From positions 1,922,001-1,986,000 of the forward strand of contig NW_027361819.1 of assembly GCF_039654945.1 (NCBI RefSeq): a DNA stretch of 64,000 bases, written 5' to 3'. Origin of the DNA: Dendrobates tinctorius (Eukaryota). This document shows positions 1 through 13,732 of the stretch, one piece after another. A program made the translations under genes and the position numbers. The notes under the pieces were generated by a model. It was not told the DNA's origin and searched no databases. It worked only from the letters and a program-made list of their open reading frames with translations. The first letter of the stretch is position 1; each line of letters begins with the position of its first letter.

Positions 1-3000
1 GCTTACACCAGGGTTTCTGTGTAAATCTCTGATTCAAATGGAATCCCTAGTGGAAGATTCCTTGTAATGAGGCAGAGAGAGGCACTGTGGCTGTCATCTG
101 ACCTGTGATCCGGCAGTGTCAGTGTTTTTAGGTGTGTATAAAAGCATGGTCCGCCACAGTTTTGTGCACTTCTGAAAAAGGCAACACTGAACAGAGGCCA
201 GACGGAGTACAGAGTAACTCTGCTGCCTCATTATAGTAAATGAATCATTCTGGGGTTTCATCTGAATGTCGTCAACTCGGCGATTCAATAATACTTTCAG
301 TTCTGAAATTGAAGAAAAAAATAACCCTTAACCCTTTTTTTTTTAATATGTAGCTCAAGGGGGCAATTTTGAGTTTTAGGTTATGGTTCCCATAGGGTAG
401 TACTCCTGCAGATGTTTGTGTAACTCTGTCCAAGAACAAACCACAGTGAATTGACAGTCCGTGGTTCTTCTGACCTGAAAGGGAAAGCAGCTCTGCAGGC
501 ACTAAATACACCTGATTGAGAAGATCACACTGGCCTTGAATAAGAAGGAAGCAACGTGGAGAAGCTTTGATGGTCAAGATGGCCTCCGGGAGAGTAGAGT
601 CTGAGAGGACTGCCTTTAAAGCTTAAACATGTTGAGTCGCCTCAACTGGAAGCCCACATTATTACCAAGAAAATCGCCAGTCATTTTAAAGAATTCCTGA
701 AACATTTGGAAAACTTAGAGAAGCAAGAGTTGTCTGAGAACCCCAGACAAGCTAGACACATCTCGGTAAAATTTTCAAGAGTTGGAAGCCAGGAGTGAGG
801 AACTGTCTCGGGACATTTCTCGAATTAAGGACTTGGTCAACAAAAAAAGATGTCCTATTGATTTTACAAGCAAAAGATGATGTATGTAATGGAGATAAGT
901 GTCTCCTCTATGCTATGGGTGATCTGAATGTAGGGGTGATCTCTGAGATTCTACAGAAAGGCATGGCAGAGTTTGTGACCCACGCTGAGACTTGTATCTC
1001 TCTACGTAGAGTCTTGCCAATCATTATGGATGTAAATTTGGCTCATAAAAGGATGGAGATCTCAGAAGACTTGAAAACCCATATCGGCTTCTGATGTGAA
1101 GCATGATCGTCCGCCCTCAAGATTTAGTACTTGCACTCAAGTCTTGAGCACCTATTGCTTCACTGAGCAATGCAGCACTACTAGGAAGTCGAAACCAGCA
1201 GCCAATGAATATGGGACGTTGGTTTGGCTTATTCTAGTATCGAAAGAGAAGGGAAATGTTATGGGATTGGAGACCATAACTGTGTCCTGGTTTTTGTAGA
1301 GATACACGATAAAGTCCCCTCTGGCCCATAACTCAAAAGCCAAGTTCCTAATTATTGAGCAGTGTTCCCCAATAATAGGCAAGTAGCTGAATTAGGAGGG
1401 TGGACTCTTGGAGTTTTATGAGCTACGTGACCAGGAGCGGCACTTGTTCTGACATCTACATACTTTCCAAGCCAATTTCCAGGAATGTTTGCATGCAGCA
1501 TTCTATGTAGACAATGGGGCTCGGATTAAGGTCCTCCTATAGAAATATTACTGTCTGTAACTTGGGGTGCACTAAATGTGTTTTACATAGTAGTGTTGAT
1601 GGTTCATTGGTGTCACTGTTTGATGTTCACAATAAAAATTTCAAAGAATTCATTTCTTCTCCTTTTTCTTTTTTTTGCTTTATCTGAGTTCCCTTAGAAG
1701 CTTCAAAATGTGTTGGAGACCTCATGTCTGTTGGTTTCTCCTTTTGTCTTGGGCTCAAGATTCTTGTAGGAAGTTTCATAAGCCGGTGACCACATGTACC
1801 CCATTTAGTAAGCAGAAACATCTCTTGTCCCAGCGATCACGTGATCGCTCGTAAGGAGCGGGGGCTTACGGGTCTTGGTAGACTCCGATCAGTACAAAGA
1901 AGGCTAAATTTGACCTGTAACTGGGGCTAACTGGCAGCAAGCAGAGATCATGGACATCGGTAAATGTGCACAGGAACTTTTAGTTCTAGAACTTTACCAG
2001 AAGGTGTCACTGTTCGCTCACCAGGCGCTATAATGTACCCTAGCGTAATATTGTATAATGTGATGAGCTGTAAGATGTATTTTATGCTATACACCCCTCT
2101 CAACATGGCAAGCAGGGATTACAATGGCACCCTAAATGTGATGCATCATGGTGGAAAAATAAAGAAAAATGGCAGACATTACACAGAATGTTAGGAGGAG
2201 GACATCAGAGACTCCGGGCATCCCATCCTCGTCACTCCCGGGACCTACCGCAGGCCGTGTCCTGAAGCTGAACCCCATGATAACGCTGTCTGTGGCGGTG
2301 TCCGAGAATGGGAAGATATGAGTGTCTAAGACATACATGTATTTACGGGGCTGATCTAGGGCCTGGTGGGTGGTCTTGTCTAAGGTATATTTTGAGGCTC
2401 ACTTTAGAGTCTGCATTTCATTAATGGTCTGGTTATAGTTCAGGTGAGATGTATTTATGGGACATGGTTTTGGCCATTTATAAATTTGAGACTCCCTTTA
2501 TTAGGGGTTAGTCTGATCTGAGGCCTCTATGGTGGGGGATCTGGTCTTAGGCCTTTATCAGGGGGGAGGGGATCCGGCCTGAGGCTAGTATTGGGAGATC
2601 TGAGGCCTCTATTGGGGGGCAGAGTTGGTCTGGGGTCTGTACTACGGGGCTCTGATCTGAAGCCTGTTTTTCATTAGTGGGACCGTTTTGCTTTAGGGGG
2701 TTTGTGTTAATGGGGTCTGAGAATGGTTGGACTGGTCTCATCAGAAGAGACATTAGAGATGACGGCAGGAAGGGGTTGGTTCATTGGCCTTCCATCCGGC
2801 AGTCACCAATTACTGACTGGGAGATTGCTCAAGGGTCTCACTAATCGATTTGCTCATCTGGTCTAGTGTTTGTGTTTAATGTGGTCAGGCCTGGGGTCTT
2901 TACATATTTTATGGGGTCTAGTTACCAGTCTCTATCTTGTGGGATCGGATTTGGGGTCTGTTTTGGTTTGGTTGATGGGGTCTGCTGTGGCGTCCGATTT

Positions 3001-3052
3001 TGTTCTCGAGCATTTGGCAGTAATGGCTGTCGGATTCTTCCTATTCTCTGTA

Positions 3053-4619
3053 CAGTGGGGAAGAAAAGTCTTTAGTCAGCCACCAATTGTGCAAGTTCTC
3101 CACTTATAAAGATGAGAGCGGCCTGTAATTGACATCATAGGTAGACCACAACTATGAGAGTCAAAATGAGAAAACAAATCCAGAAAATCACCTTGTCTGA
3201 TTTGGGAAGATTTATATTGCAAATTATGGTGGAAAATAAGTATTTGGTCATTAACAAAAGTTCATCTCAATACTTTGTGATATATCCTTTGTTGGCAATG
3301 ACAGAGGTCAAACGTTTTCTGTAAGTCTTCACAAGGTTGGCACACACTGTTGGCGGTATGTTGGCCCATTCCTCCATGCAGATCTCCTCTTGAGCGGTGA
3401 TGTTTTGGGCCTGTCGCTGGGCAACACGGACTTTCAAATCCCTGCAAAGGTTTTCTATGGGGTTGAGATCTGGAGACTGGCTAGGCCACTCCAGGACCTT
3501 CATATGCTTCTTACTAAGCCACTCCTTTGTTGCCCTGGCGGTGTGCTTGGGATCATTATCATGCTGAAAGTCCCATCTACGTTTCATCTTCAATGCCCTT
3601 GCTGATAGGAGGTTTGCACTCAAACTCTCACGATACATGGTCCATTCATTATGTCATGTACACGGATCAGTTGTCCTGGTCCCTTTGCAAAGAAACAGCC
3701 CCAAAGCATGATGTTGCCACCCCCATGCTTCACAGTAGGTATGGTGTTCTTTGGATACAACTCAGCATTCTGTTTCCTCCAAACACGATGAGTTTTGTTT
3801 CTACCAAACAGTTCTACTTTGGTTTCATCAGACCATATGACATTTTCCCAATACTCTTCTGGATAATCTAAATGCTCTCTACTAAACTTCAGACGGGCCC
3901 GGACATGTACTGGCTTAAGCAGGGGGACACGTCTGGCACTGCAGGATCTGAGTCCCTGGTGGCGTAGTGTGTTACTGATGGTAGTCTTTGTTACAGTGGT
4001 CCCAGCTCTATACAGGTCATTCACTAGGTCCCCCCATGTGGTTCTGGGATTTTTGCTCACCGTTCTTGTGATCATTTTGACCCCACGGGGTGAGATCTTG
4101 TGTGGAGCCCCAGTTTGAGAGAGATTATCAGTGGTCTTGTATGTCTTCCATTTTCTTATAATTGCTCCCACAGTTGATTTCATCACACCAAGCAGCTTGC
4201 CTATTGCAAATTCAGTCTTCCCAGCCTGGTGCAGGGCTACAATTTTGTTTCTGGTGTCCTTCTACAGCTCTTTGGTCTTCACCATAGTGGAGTGTGACTG
4301 TTTGAGGTTGTGGACAGGTGTCTTTTATACTGATAAGTTCATTACTACAGGTAATGAGTGGAGGACAGAGGAGCCTCTTAAAGAAGAATTTACAGGTCTG
4401 TGAGAGCCAGAAATCTTGCATGTTATTAGGTGCCCAAATACTTATTTTCCACCATAATTTGCAAAATAAATCTTGCCAAATCAGACAAGGTGATTTTTCT
4501 AGATTTGTTTTCTCATTGTGACTCTCATAGTTGTGGTCTACCTATGAGGCCTCTCTCACCTTTTTAAGTGAGAGAACTTGCACAATTGGTGGCTGACTAA
4601 ATACTTTTTTTCCCCACTA
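3053..4619 (-). mobile_element. Tc1-family (DD34E) DNA transposon, defective
   Basis: TA-flanked, ~200-bp inverted repeats (cagtggggaagaaaagt... / ...actttttttccccacta). Transposase runs 4285->3267 (MVKTKEL*..., [23 protein letters not shown]) with a TAG at codon 8 and a frameshift near 3630. Confidence 0.95.
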
Positions 4620-5335
4620 TATGTGTCTGCCGGGGTGGTGGGAGGTTTCTGATTTTCTGATTTCTTTATTAGATCTGTGTCTCTGCTCATGATTCTGTGA
4701 CTTTTTCCCACAGCTCTGCTCTGAGGACAGGGATAATTTTAGCATTACTGTACATCCCATCATCTATTTTGGCCATCACCTTTTACAAGGGCCAGGAATA
4801 GCCAGTAATCCTATCCTGCTCGTTCAGTGTCTTCCCTGGCCGCTGACCAGTCAGAATTCTTGCCCCTTGTAGCGAGAAAGCTTTTCCAAACAAAAATAAA
4901 AAATACACTCCTGATAAATATCGGTCGTCCTCATCTGTCAATTAATGAAAAACTTCTTGGATGTTTGGGTGCTAACCAAAATACCAATATGGCTGGCAGT
5001 ATTGATCTTACAAGTGGTGCTTGTCTCTCATTTTTCCCAGGCTTAAGATTAGTAAGTCCACCAGATTAATGCAGGTTTTCCACTCTGAAGCCATATTGGT
5101 GGTCACCCAGTTTTTCCAAGTTCTGTTTACTGGGGTTTAGGCTCAGTAACCTTGGACTGGGAGTTTGTTGTGGGGACACTCAGGCGGCAGATCAGGTTCA
5201 CACTGAGGACTTGAAGACTCAGCCGAGTGTAATTATCAGAAGGAACAGCTGAGACGTGCAGGACGCTACAACAGCTGAAGTCTGAAGTGAATATTCGGCA
5301 CTGTTGTCGCTGCGCTCCACTCCTTGCTGGACTCG

Positions 5336-6883
5336 ATGGCGACTGCAGATCTGAAGGACGAGCTGAACTGTTCCATATGCCTGAATATCTACATGGAGCC
5401 TGTAACTCTGAGATGTGGCCACAGCTTCTGCCAGGGATGTATCCGATCGGTACTGGACAGGCAAGATGGAGTTGGCATCTACACCTGCCCAGAATGCCGT
5501 GCAGAATACCAAAAGCGCCCACCATTGCGACGGAACTTGAAGCTTTGTAACATCGTGGAGCATTTCCGGTCAACGCAACCAGAGGCGAAGCCTCCCGGGA
5601 TCTTCTGCACCTACTGCGTCCATGCCTCCGTCCCAGCATTCAAGACTTGCCTGATGTGCGAAGCTTCTCTGTGCAGTGTCCATCTGAGCGTTCACAGCAA
5701 ATCCACCGACCACGTCTTGACAGAGCCCACCAGCTCCATGGACAACAGAAAATGTGCCACTCACCAGGAGATGCTAAAGTACTACTGCTGTAAAGATGCC
5801 GCCTGCATCTGCGTGTCATGTTGCGTGTTTGGAGAACATCGAGGACATCAGGTGGAACTTCTCAAAGAGGCATCTGAGAAGAAGAAAGAAAAACTAAGAA
5901 AAGTTCTGGAAAAGCTGTCCTCAAAATGTGAAGAGACGGAGAAGAGCATGCAAAGTTTACAAGATCACAAGAGGGGAGTCAAGGAGAAAGCCGCAAACAT
6001 GACGACATGGGTGACTGCTCTGTTTAAGGACATCAAGGCCCAGGTCCAAGCTCTGGAAGAACGGGTCTTGAGTGACATCTCCAAACAGAGGGATAAAGTC
6101 TCGCTCTCAGTCACTGATCTGATCCAGCAACTGGAGATGAAGAAGGAGGAGTTGTCCAGGAAGATGATGTACATCGAGGAGCTGTGCCAAGTGCCCGATC
6201 CACTCGATGTCCTACAGGGACGGGACGTCAGCAGAGCTGAGCCGCCAGATGAAGGACTTGGTAAGAGGCTGCAGGCTGTAGGTGATCTTGATGAAGTTCT
6301 GACCTCGTTGACCCTACAGTCATCTTTATCCAGTATTGTGACCAACTTAAAGCAAAACGTTAACGTCCAAAACTTAATGCTGGACATTAAGACGGCGGCG
6401 GTTGATGTGGCTGTGTCCGGAGACCTGAAGAGCGCTACGTGGTCCAAGACCCCGATCTGGACAAAAGCTTCACAAAGATTTAAAAACTATTGTCAGGTTC
6501 TGAGTTTTCAGAGTTTTAGCTCTGGAAAGATTTACTGGGAAGTGGAGACCAGTGAACTAGGGAATTGGAGGGTGGGGGTGGCATATCCCAGCCTGGAGCG
6601 GAAGGGAGATCTGTCCGGGATAGGACAGAACAACAAATCCTGGTGCCTTCGCCTGTGTCAGAAGGATTATCTTGTCGCTCATGCTGCAAAAGAGATTCCA
6701 CTACAGCTGGAGACCTCGCTGCAGAGACTAGGTATATTCCTGGACTACGAGGCTGGGCGGCTGTCCTTCTATCGGCTGTGTGAGCCCATTCAACATCTCC
6801 ACACCTTCACTGCCACCTTCACAGAGCCTCTTCATGCAGTGTTTCTGGTATGGCGGGACGGTTGGGTGAGAATCCGGAGCTAG
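5336..6883 (+). CDS. Intronless TRIM E3 ubiquitin ligase (RING, B-box1, B-box2, coiled coil, PRY/SPRY), 515 aa
   Basis: First ATG at 5336 (MATADLKDELNCSIC...CGHSFC..C...CPEC). B-boxes CTYC..CLMC..C..H and C..H..CC..C..C..H..H. SPRY motifs YWEVE, WRVGVAY, LGIFLDYEAGRLSFY. AATAAA at 7895-7900 is a possible polyA signal. The subfamily cannot be named without a tree. Confidence 0.95.
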   Translation: MATADLKDELNCSICLNIYMEPVTLRCGHSFCQGCIRSVLDRQDGVGIYTCPECRAEYQKRPPLRRNLKLCNIVEHFRSTQPEAKPPGIFCTYCVHASVPAFKTCLMCEASLCSVHLSVHSKSTDHVLTEPTSSMDNRKCATHQEMLKYYCCKDAACICVSCCVFGEHRGHQVELLKEASEKKKEKLRKVLEKLSSKCEETEKSMQSLQDHKRGVKEKAANMTTWVTALFKDIKAQVQALEERVLSDISKQRDKVSLSVTDLIQQLEMKKEELSRKMMYIEELCQVPDPLDVLQGRDVSRAEPPDEGLGKRLQAVGDLDEVLTSLTLQSSLSSIVTNLKQNVNVQNLMLDIKTAAVDVAVSGDLKSATWSKTPIWTKASQRFKNYCQVLSFQSFSSGKIYWEVETSELGNWRVGVAYPSLERKGDLSGIGQNNKSWCLRLCQKDYLVAHAAKEIPLQLETSLQRLGIFLDYEAGRLSFYRLCEPIQHLHTFTATFTEPLHAVFLVWRDGWVRIRS

Positions 6884-8819
6884 GATTACTAACCTAGATG
6901 ACCTGGTCCTTTAGGATGGAAGCCCTTCGAGCCTTATCCTAACTGCCAGCCTCTACGGTGCCTCTTCTGATTTGGTAGGCCTTGCGTGATGTCATGTATG
7001 CGTTGTGCCGCAACAATGACGTCACATTGGGCTTGCCAATCAGAAGACGAGTTGAGGATTGGTGTAGGTGGTAAGGTGGAGGTTTGTTGACTCCTAACTG
7101 GTGGCCACTTAGTAGTGGCTGTTGGGCCAGGGTCCAACGAATTGTTTAGCTCATGTTTATTTTCGAAAAAGATAAAAATGGGAAACGCTAATTTTAAAGG
7201 AACTCTTCAGACAAAACTCTAGGTGGGGCACCAGACGGCATTATAATGCTCCACCACCTCAGATCAGTGTTTCGATTTTACGTTTAAGGTTTTTTTTAAC
7301 AGAAAATTAGTCTAGGAAGGCTCCTCATGAGCTTTGCTAAAGTTTTCCTTTTTAAAGCGGCTTGTCAAATCCTGTTAACATAAAGGGATATTCTGATCTA
7401 CACAAATGGTCACATATCTGCTGGATCAAGGTGGGTCTGAACATTGGGACTTATATTGGTCACCAGAATGGGGGATTCTCCATTCTCCCCTGACCTCAAG
7501 ACGATGGCGGGAGTTGTTGACTTGAGTGCAGGTGACTATAGATTCTGTTCATCAGTCGTGGGGCCTGAATGGAACTTCATTCAGACAAGGTCTTCCGGCC
7601 AAGGGAGATCGGCTATTGATGGGTGTCCCAATGGGTAGATCCACACCAATCTATCCAGTGGTTATTTGATCATCTTGTGTAGATCTAAAGCATGTAATGA
7701 AAACTTCTGACACTTTTGTTTACATATTCTTACTTTCTCTGCTTGCTTTCAGTGAATGAAAACCTTTATTGTCCTCGTGTGGAACATGATTGAATGTTTC
7801 ATATGTGTGACCCAAATGTATCTCGCTTGTCTGTTAAATTTGACCATTTTATGGTTTATTTTTGGATGTTACTCTCTGTATGCAGAATCCAATCAATAAA
7901 CCTTTCCTTCTGATGAATTGTGACTTTTACATTTTTGGTCTTCACTGCTGTCTCCTTCCCTGGACATATCTGGCCACCTTCTCTAGGTTTGTGGCTCCTC
8001 TACTTCTCTATGACCCTACAGCCACCTCCCCACCCTATTATACCTCTGATCCGAGGAGCCTTACACATTTTTATCCGGATGAGCCCCATTTCTCCAGGAC
8101 CCCTATAGCCGCTGCTTGTCCTGCCTCTTTAGCAAGTCAAGAGTTCCAATAAGGTGTGGGGCTTCTGAACATTTTCACTTATGGAGGCGACCATGGACAT
8201 TAATGAGGTCGGAATTAAAATATCCTGCAAATTAGGATTCTCCTGCTGGTCTGTAGAGTGATGGCGACTATATAGGTTGTCGCCCAGATTTTCCCCAAAA
8301 ATTGCTGATCGTGCCTGTGAGGAGCAGGTTTTTTTTTTCTTTCTTTAGACATGTTTATTATGTGCACTCGATGGCGGCATAACCACTGGTAAGTCACAAA
8401 CTACTGCAACTACGGAAAGACCACCACCCCAAGAAACTCCCTGCAGATCATCACATCGTTGGCTCCGAGAACCTGCAGGACATTTCTCTGTCCCCTGTAT
8501 AGTATAATTATGTAACACACCGCCACCATCCGCCCATAGCACATATGGATGGTGACATTACCGCAGCGCTGCAGCAGCTGACTCACATCCTGGGCTCAGC
8601 TCTTGCACAAGGCTCCCAGAGTGATGTTTCCGTTCTTAGCACAAACCTGAGAAAAAACTCAGCAGCTTCTAAATGTGCAGAAGTCAGAGCTGCATCCATT
8701 GGGGTGTCGGGGGGCCGCTGGTTCTCAAAGACCCGAAGAGATAAAGTCCTGAGGTTACAGAAACCAATGACCAGTAGGGATCAGCTGCCAACGGTTCTTC
8801 CCCTGATGATGTCACAGTT

Positions 8820-11800
8820 CACCATATAGTGTCAATGCGACCATATACAGCCCGTGTAATACCACCATATAGTGTCAATGCGACCATATACAGCCCGTGT
8901 AATACCACCATATAGTGTCAATGCAGCCATATACAGCCCGTGTAATACCACCATATAGTGTCAATGCGACCATATACAGCCCGTGTAATACCACCATATA
9001 GTGTCAATGCGACCATATACAGCCCGTGTAATACCACCATATAGTGTCAATGCGACCATATACAGCCCCTGTAATACCACCATATAGTGTCAATGCGACC
9101 GTATACAGCCCCTGTAATACCACCATATAGTGTCAATGCGACCATATACAGCCCCTGTAATACCACCATATAGTGTCAATGCGACCATATACAGCCCGTG
9201 TAATACCACCATATAGTGTCAATGCGACCATATACAGCCCGTGTAATACCACCATATAGTGTCAATGCGACCATATACAGCCCGTGTAATACTACCATAT
9301 AGTGTCAATGCGACCATATACAGCCCCTGTAATACCACCATATAGTGTCAATGCGACCATATACAGCCCGTGTAATACCACCATATAGTGTCAATGCGAC
9401 CATATACAGCCCGTGTAATACCACCATATAGTGTCAATGCGGCCATATACAGCCCGTGTAATACCACCATATAGTGTCAATGCGACAATATACAGCCCGT
9501 GTAATACCACCATATAGTGTCAATGCGGCCATATACAGCCCCTGTAATACCACCATATAGTGTCAATGCGACCATATACAGCCCGTGTAATACCACCATA
9601 TAGTGTCAATGCGACCATATACAGCCCATGTAATACCACCATATAGTGTCAATGCGACCATATACAGCCCGTGTAATACCACCATATAGTGTCAATGCGA
9701 CCATATACAGCCCGTGTAATACCACCATATAGTGTCAATGCGACCATATACAGCCCGTGTAATACCACCATATAGTGTCAATGCGACCATATACAGCCCC
9801 TGTAATACCACCATATAGTGTCAATGCGACCATATACAGCCCGTGTAATACCACCATATAGTGTCAATGCGACCATATACAGCCCGTGTAATACCACCAT
9901 ATAGTGTCAATGCGACCATATACAGCCCCTGTAATACCACCATATAGTGTCAATGCGACCATATACAGCCCGTGTAATACCACCATATAGTGTCAATGCG
10001 ACCATATACAGCCCCTGTAATACCACCATATAGTGTCAATGCGACCATATACAGCCCCTGTAATACCACCATATAGTGTCAATGCGACCATATACAGCCC
10101 GTGTAATACCACCATATAGTGTCAAGGCGGCCATATACAGCCCCTGTAATACCACCATATAGTGTCAATGCGGCCATATACAGCCCGTGTAATACCACCA
10201 TATAGTGTCAATGCGACCATATACAGCCCCTGTAATACCACCATATAGTGTCAATGCGGCTATATACAGCCCGTGTAATACCACCATATAGTGTCAATGC
10301 GACCATATACAGCCCGTGTAATACCACCATATACACTGTGTTCCAAATTATTATGCAAATGATATTTTTCTCTGATTTTCCTAAATAGTCGGTACAAATG
10401 ACAGTCAGTCTAATAATAGTCATCACCGGTTAGATTATACATCACATTTTATTGAAGAAACCTCCCAATGATAACAGTATAATCTCCAAAATGAATAAAA
10501 ACTCAAATTTCACTGTTCCGAATTATTAGGCACAGTAGAATTTCTAAACATTTGATCTGTTTTAAAGAACTGAAAATGTTCATTTGTGGAATTTGCAGCA
10601 TTAGGAGGTCACATTCACCGAACAAAAAAGCTATTTAACTCCAAAACATCCTAACAGGGCAAGTTACGTGGTAACATAGGAACCCTTCTGTGATGTCACC
10701 TTCACAATTCTTGCATCCATTGAACTTGGGAGTTTTTGGAGAGTTTCTGCTTGTATTTCTTTACATGAAGTCGGAATAGTCTCCCAGAGCTGCTGTTTGA
10801 TGTGAACTGCCTCCCACCCTCATAGATCTTTCGCTTGATGATACTCCAAAGGTTCTCTATAGGGTTGAGGTCAGGGGAGGATGGTGGCCACACCATGAGT
10901 TTATCTCCTTTTATGCCCATAGCAGCCAATGACTCAGAGGTCTTCTTTGCAGCATGAAGAGGATTTTGCTCCTGAAGGCACGTTTCTGCTTTTTATACCA
11001 TGGAAGACAGCTGTCAGTCAGAAACTCTATATACTTTGCAGAGGTCATTTTCACACCTTCAGGAACCTTAAAGAGCCCTACCAGCTGTTTTCCCATGATT
11101 CCGGCCCAAAACATGACTCCTCCACCTCCTTGCTGAAGTCGCAGCCTTGTTGGGACATAGTGGCCATCCCCCAACCATCCACTACTCCATCCATCTGGAC
11201 CATCCAGGGTTGCTCGACACTCATCAGTAAACAAGAATGTATGAAAAATAGTCTTCATGTATGTCTGGACCCACTGCTACAATTTCTGCTTGTGAACACT
11301 GTTTAGGGGTGGCCGAATAGTAGGTTTATGCAGCACAGCAAGCCTTTGAAGGATCCTACACCTTGAGGTTCGAGGGACTCCAGAGGCACCAGCAGCTTTA
11401 AATATCTGTTTTCTGGCTTGTAATGGCTTTTTAGCAGCTGCTCTCTTAATCCGATGAACTTGCCTGGCAGAAACCTTCCTCATTCTGCCTTTATCAGCAC
11501 AAACATGTCTGTGCTCAGAATCAACCACAATTCTCGTAACAGTGCGATGGTCACGTTTAAGTTTTTGGGAAATATCTAATGTTTTCATCTCTTGACCAAG
11601 GCATTGCACTATTTGATGCTTTTCAGCAGCAGAGAGATCCTTTTTCTTTCCTAAATTCCTTGAAACCTGTGCCCTGCTTAATAATGTGGAACATCATTCT
11701 TAAGTAGCTTTCCTTTAATTGAGCTCACCTGGTAAACTAATTATCACAGGAATTTGAGATTGATTTCTGTGATCCAAAGAGCCCTGATACACAATACCAT

Positions 11801-13400
11801 CTATGAGTTTATTTGAAAAACAAAAAATAACATCTTTATGACACTTAAATCCAATTTGCATAATAATTTGGAACGCAGTGTAGTATCAATGCGACCATAT
11901 ACAGCCCGTGTAATACCACCATATAGTGTCAATGCGACCATATACAGCCCCTGTAATACCACCATATAGTGTCAATGCGACCATATACAGCCCCTGTAAT
12001 ACCACCATATAGTGTCAATGCGGCTATATACAGCCCGTGTAATACCACCATATAGTGTCAATGCGGCCATATACAGCCCGTGTAATACCACCATATAGTG
12101 ACAATGCGGCCATATACAGCCCCTGTAATACCACCATATAGTGTCAATGCGGCTATATACAGCCCGTGTAATACCACCATATAGTGTCAATGCGGCCATA
12201 TACAGCCCGTGTAATACCACCATATAGTGTCAATGCGACCATATACAGCCCCTGTAATACCACCATATAGTGTCAATGCGGCTATATACAGCCCGTGTAA
12301 TACCACCATATAGTGTCAATGCGGCCATATACAGCCCGTGTAATACCACCATATAGTGACAATGCGGCCATATACAGCCCGTGTAATACCACCATATAGT
12401 GTCAATGCGACCATATACAGCCCCTGTAATACCACCATATAGTGTCAATGCGACCATATACAGCCCCTGTAATACCACCATATAGTGTCAATGCGACCAT
12501 ATACAGCCCCTGTAATACCACCATATAGTGTCAATGCGGCTATATACAGCCCGTGTAATACCACCATATAAAGCCCATGTAATACCACCATATAGTGTCA
12601 TTGCGACCATATACAGCCCATGTAATACCACCATATAATATCAATGCAGCCATATACAGCCCGTGTAATACCACCATATAGTGTCAATGTGACCCTATAC
12701 AGCCCGTGTATTACCACCATATAGTGTCAATGCGACCATATACAGCCCGTGTAATACCACCATATAGTGTCAATGCGACCATATACAGCCCGTGTAATAC
12801 CACCATATAGTGTCAATGCGACCATATACAGCCCCTGTAATACCACCATATAGTGTCAATGCGGCTATATACAGCCCGTGTAATACCACCATATAAAGCC
12901 CATGTAATACCACCATATAGTGTCATTGCGACCATATACAGCCCATGTAATACCACCATATAATATCAATGCAGCCATATACAGCCCGTGTAATACCACC
13001 ATATAGTGTCAATGTGACCCTATACAGCCCGTGTATTACCACCATATAGTGTCAATGCGACCATATACAGCCCGTGTAATACCACCATATAGTGTCAATG
13101 CGACCATATACAGCCCGTGTAATACCACCATATAGTGTCAATGTGACCCTATACAGCCCGTGTATTACCACCATATAGTGTCAATGTGACCCTATACAGC
13201 CCGTGTAATACCACCATATAGTGTCAATGCGACCATATACAGCCCGTGTAATACCACCATATAGTGTCAATGTGACCCTATATAGCCCGTGTATTACCAC
13301 CATATAGTGCCTATGCGGCCATACATAGCCCGTTTAATACCACCATATGGTGTCAATGCGGCCATACATTGCCCGTGTAATACCACCATATAGTGTCAAT
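8820..13400. repeat. 43-bp minisatellite (accatatagtgtcaatgcgaccatatacagcccgtgtaatacc)n, interrupted by a TRT transposon
   Basis: Direct tandem periodicity of 43 bp. The unit is itself a degenerate dimer, each half starting accatata. Confidence 0.97.
10334..11880 (-). mobile_element. Tc1-like transposon of the TRT (DD37E) type, defective
   Basis: TIRs cactgtgttccaaattattatgcaaat / atttgcataataatttggaacgcagtg with TA duplication (10332-33, 11881-82). Transposase fragments [44 protein letters not shown], with stops and frameshifts. TRT assignment is from recalled family motifs. Confidence 0.9.
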
Positions 13401-13732
13401 ATAATACGGCCATACTATTGTAATGTGCTGCCATATGTAGCCCGCATAATACCACAATACAATGGCTAAGATAATATGAAATAAGATAATACTGCAATTG
13501 AAATCTAAAAAACTCACTGTATGTTACATAAGTTTTCCTGCCAGCACATCCGTAGTTGCAACAGATTCTTTGCTGCATATACTGCCAATGTGCACAGAGC
13601 CTAAGCCTCTGCTTTTCTCCTGGAGTTCTTGTCACCAGGACCCGATCTCACAGATCACTTATGAGATTACCGAGCTCTAAAACTGAACATGAGATACACA
13701 GGAATTATAATGTAACCAATTATAAAGGTCCG

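Noticed and set aside
795-3109. Short ORFs repeated in both duplicate copies
   Set aside because: Their identity reflects the recent duplication rather than coding constraint; no recognisable domains.
4870-5120. NF-kB/ISRE-like words upstream of the TRIM
   Set aside because: Only partial matches, of the kind expected by chance.
5324-5335. TTG start of the TRIM ORF given in the track
   Set aside because: Eukaryotic gene; the ATG at 5336 (cgATGG) fits the typical MATADL start.
8820-13400. CRISPR-like regular repeats
   Set aside because: Head-to-tail units with no unique spacers, no cas genes, and a vertebrate context.
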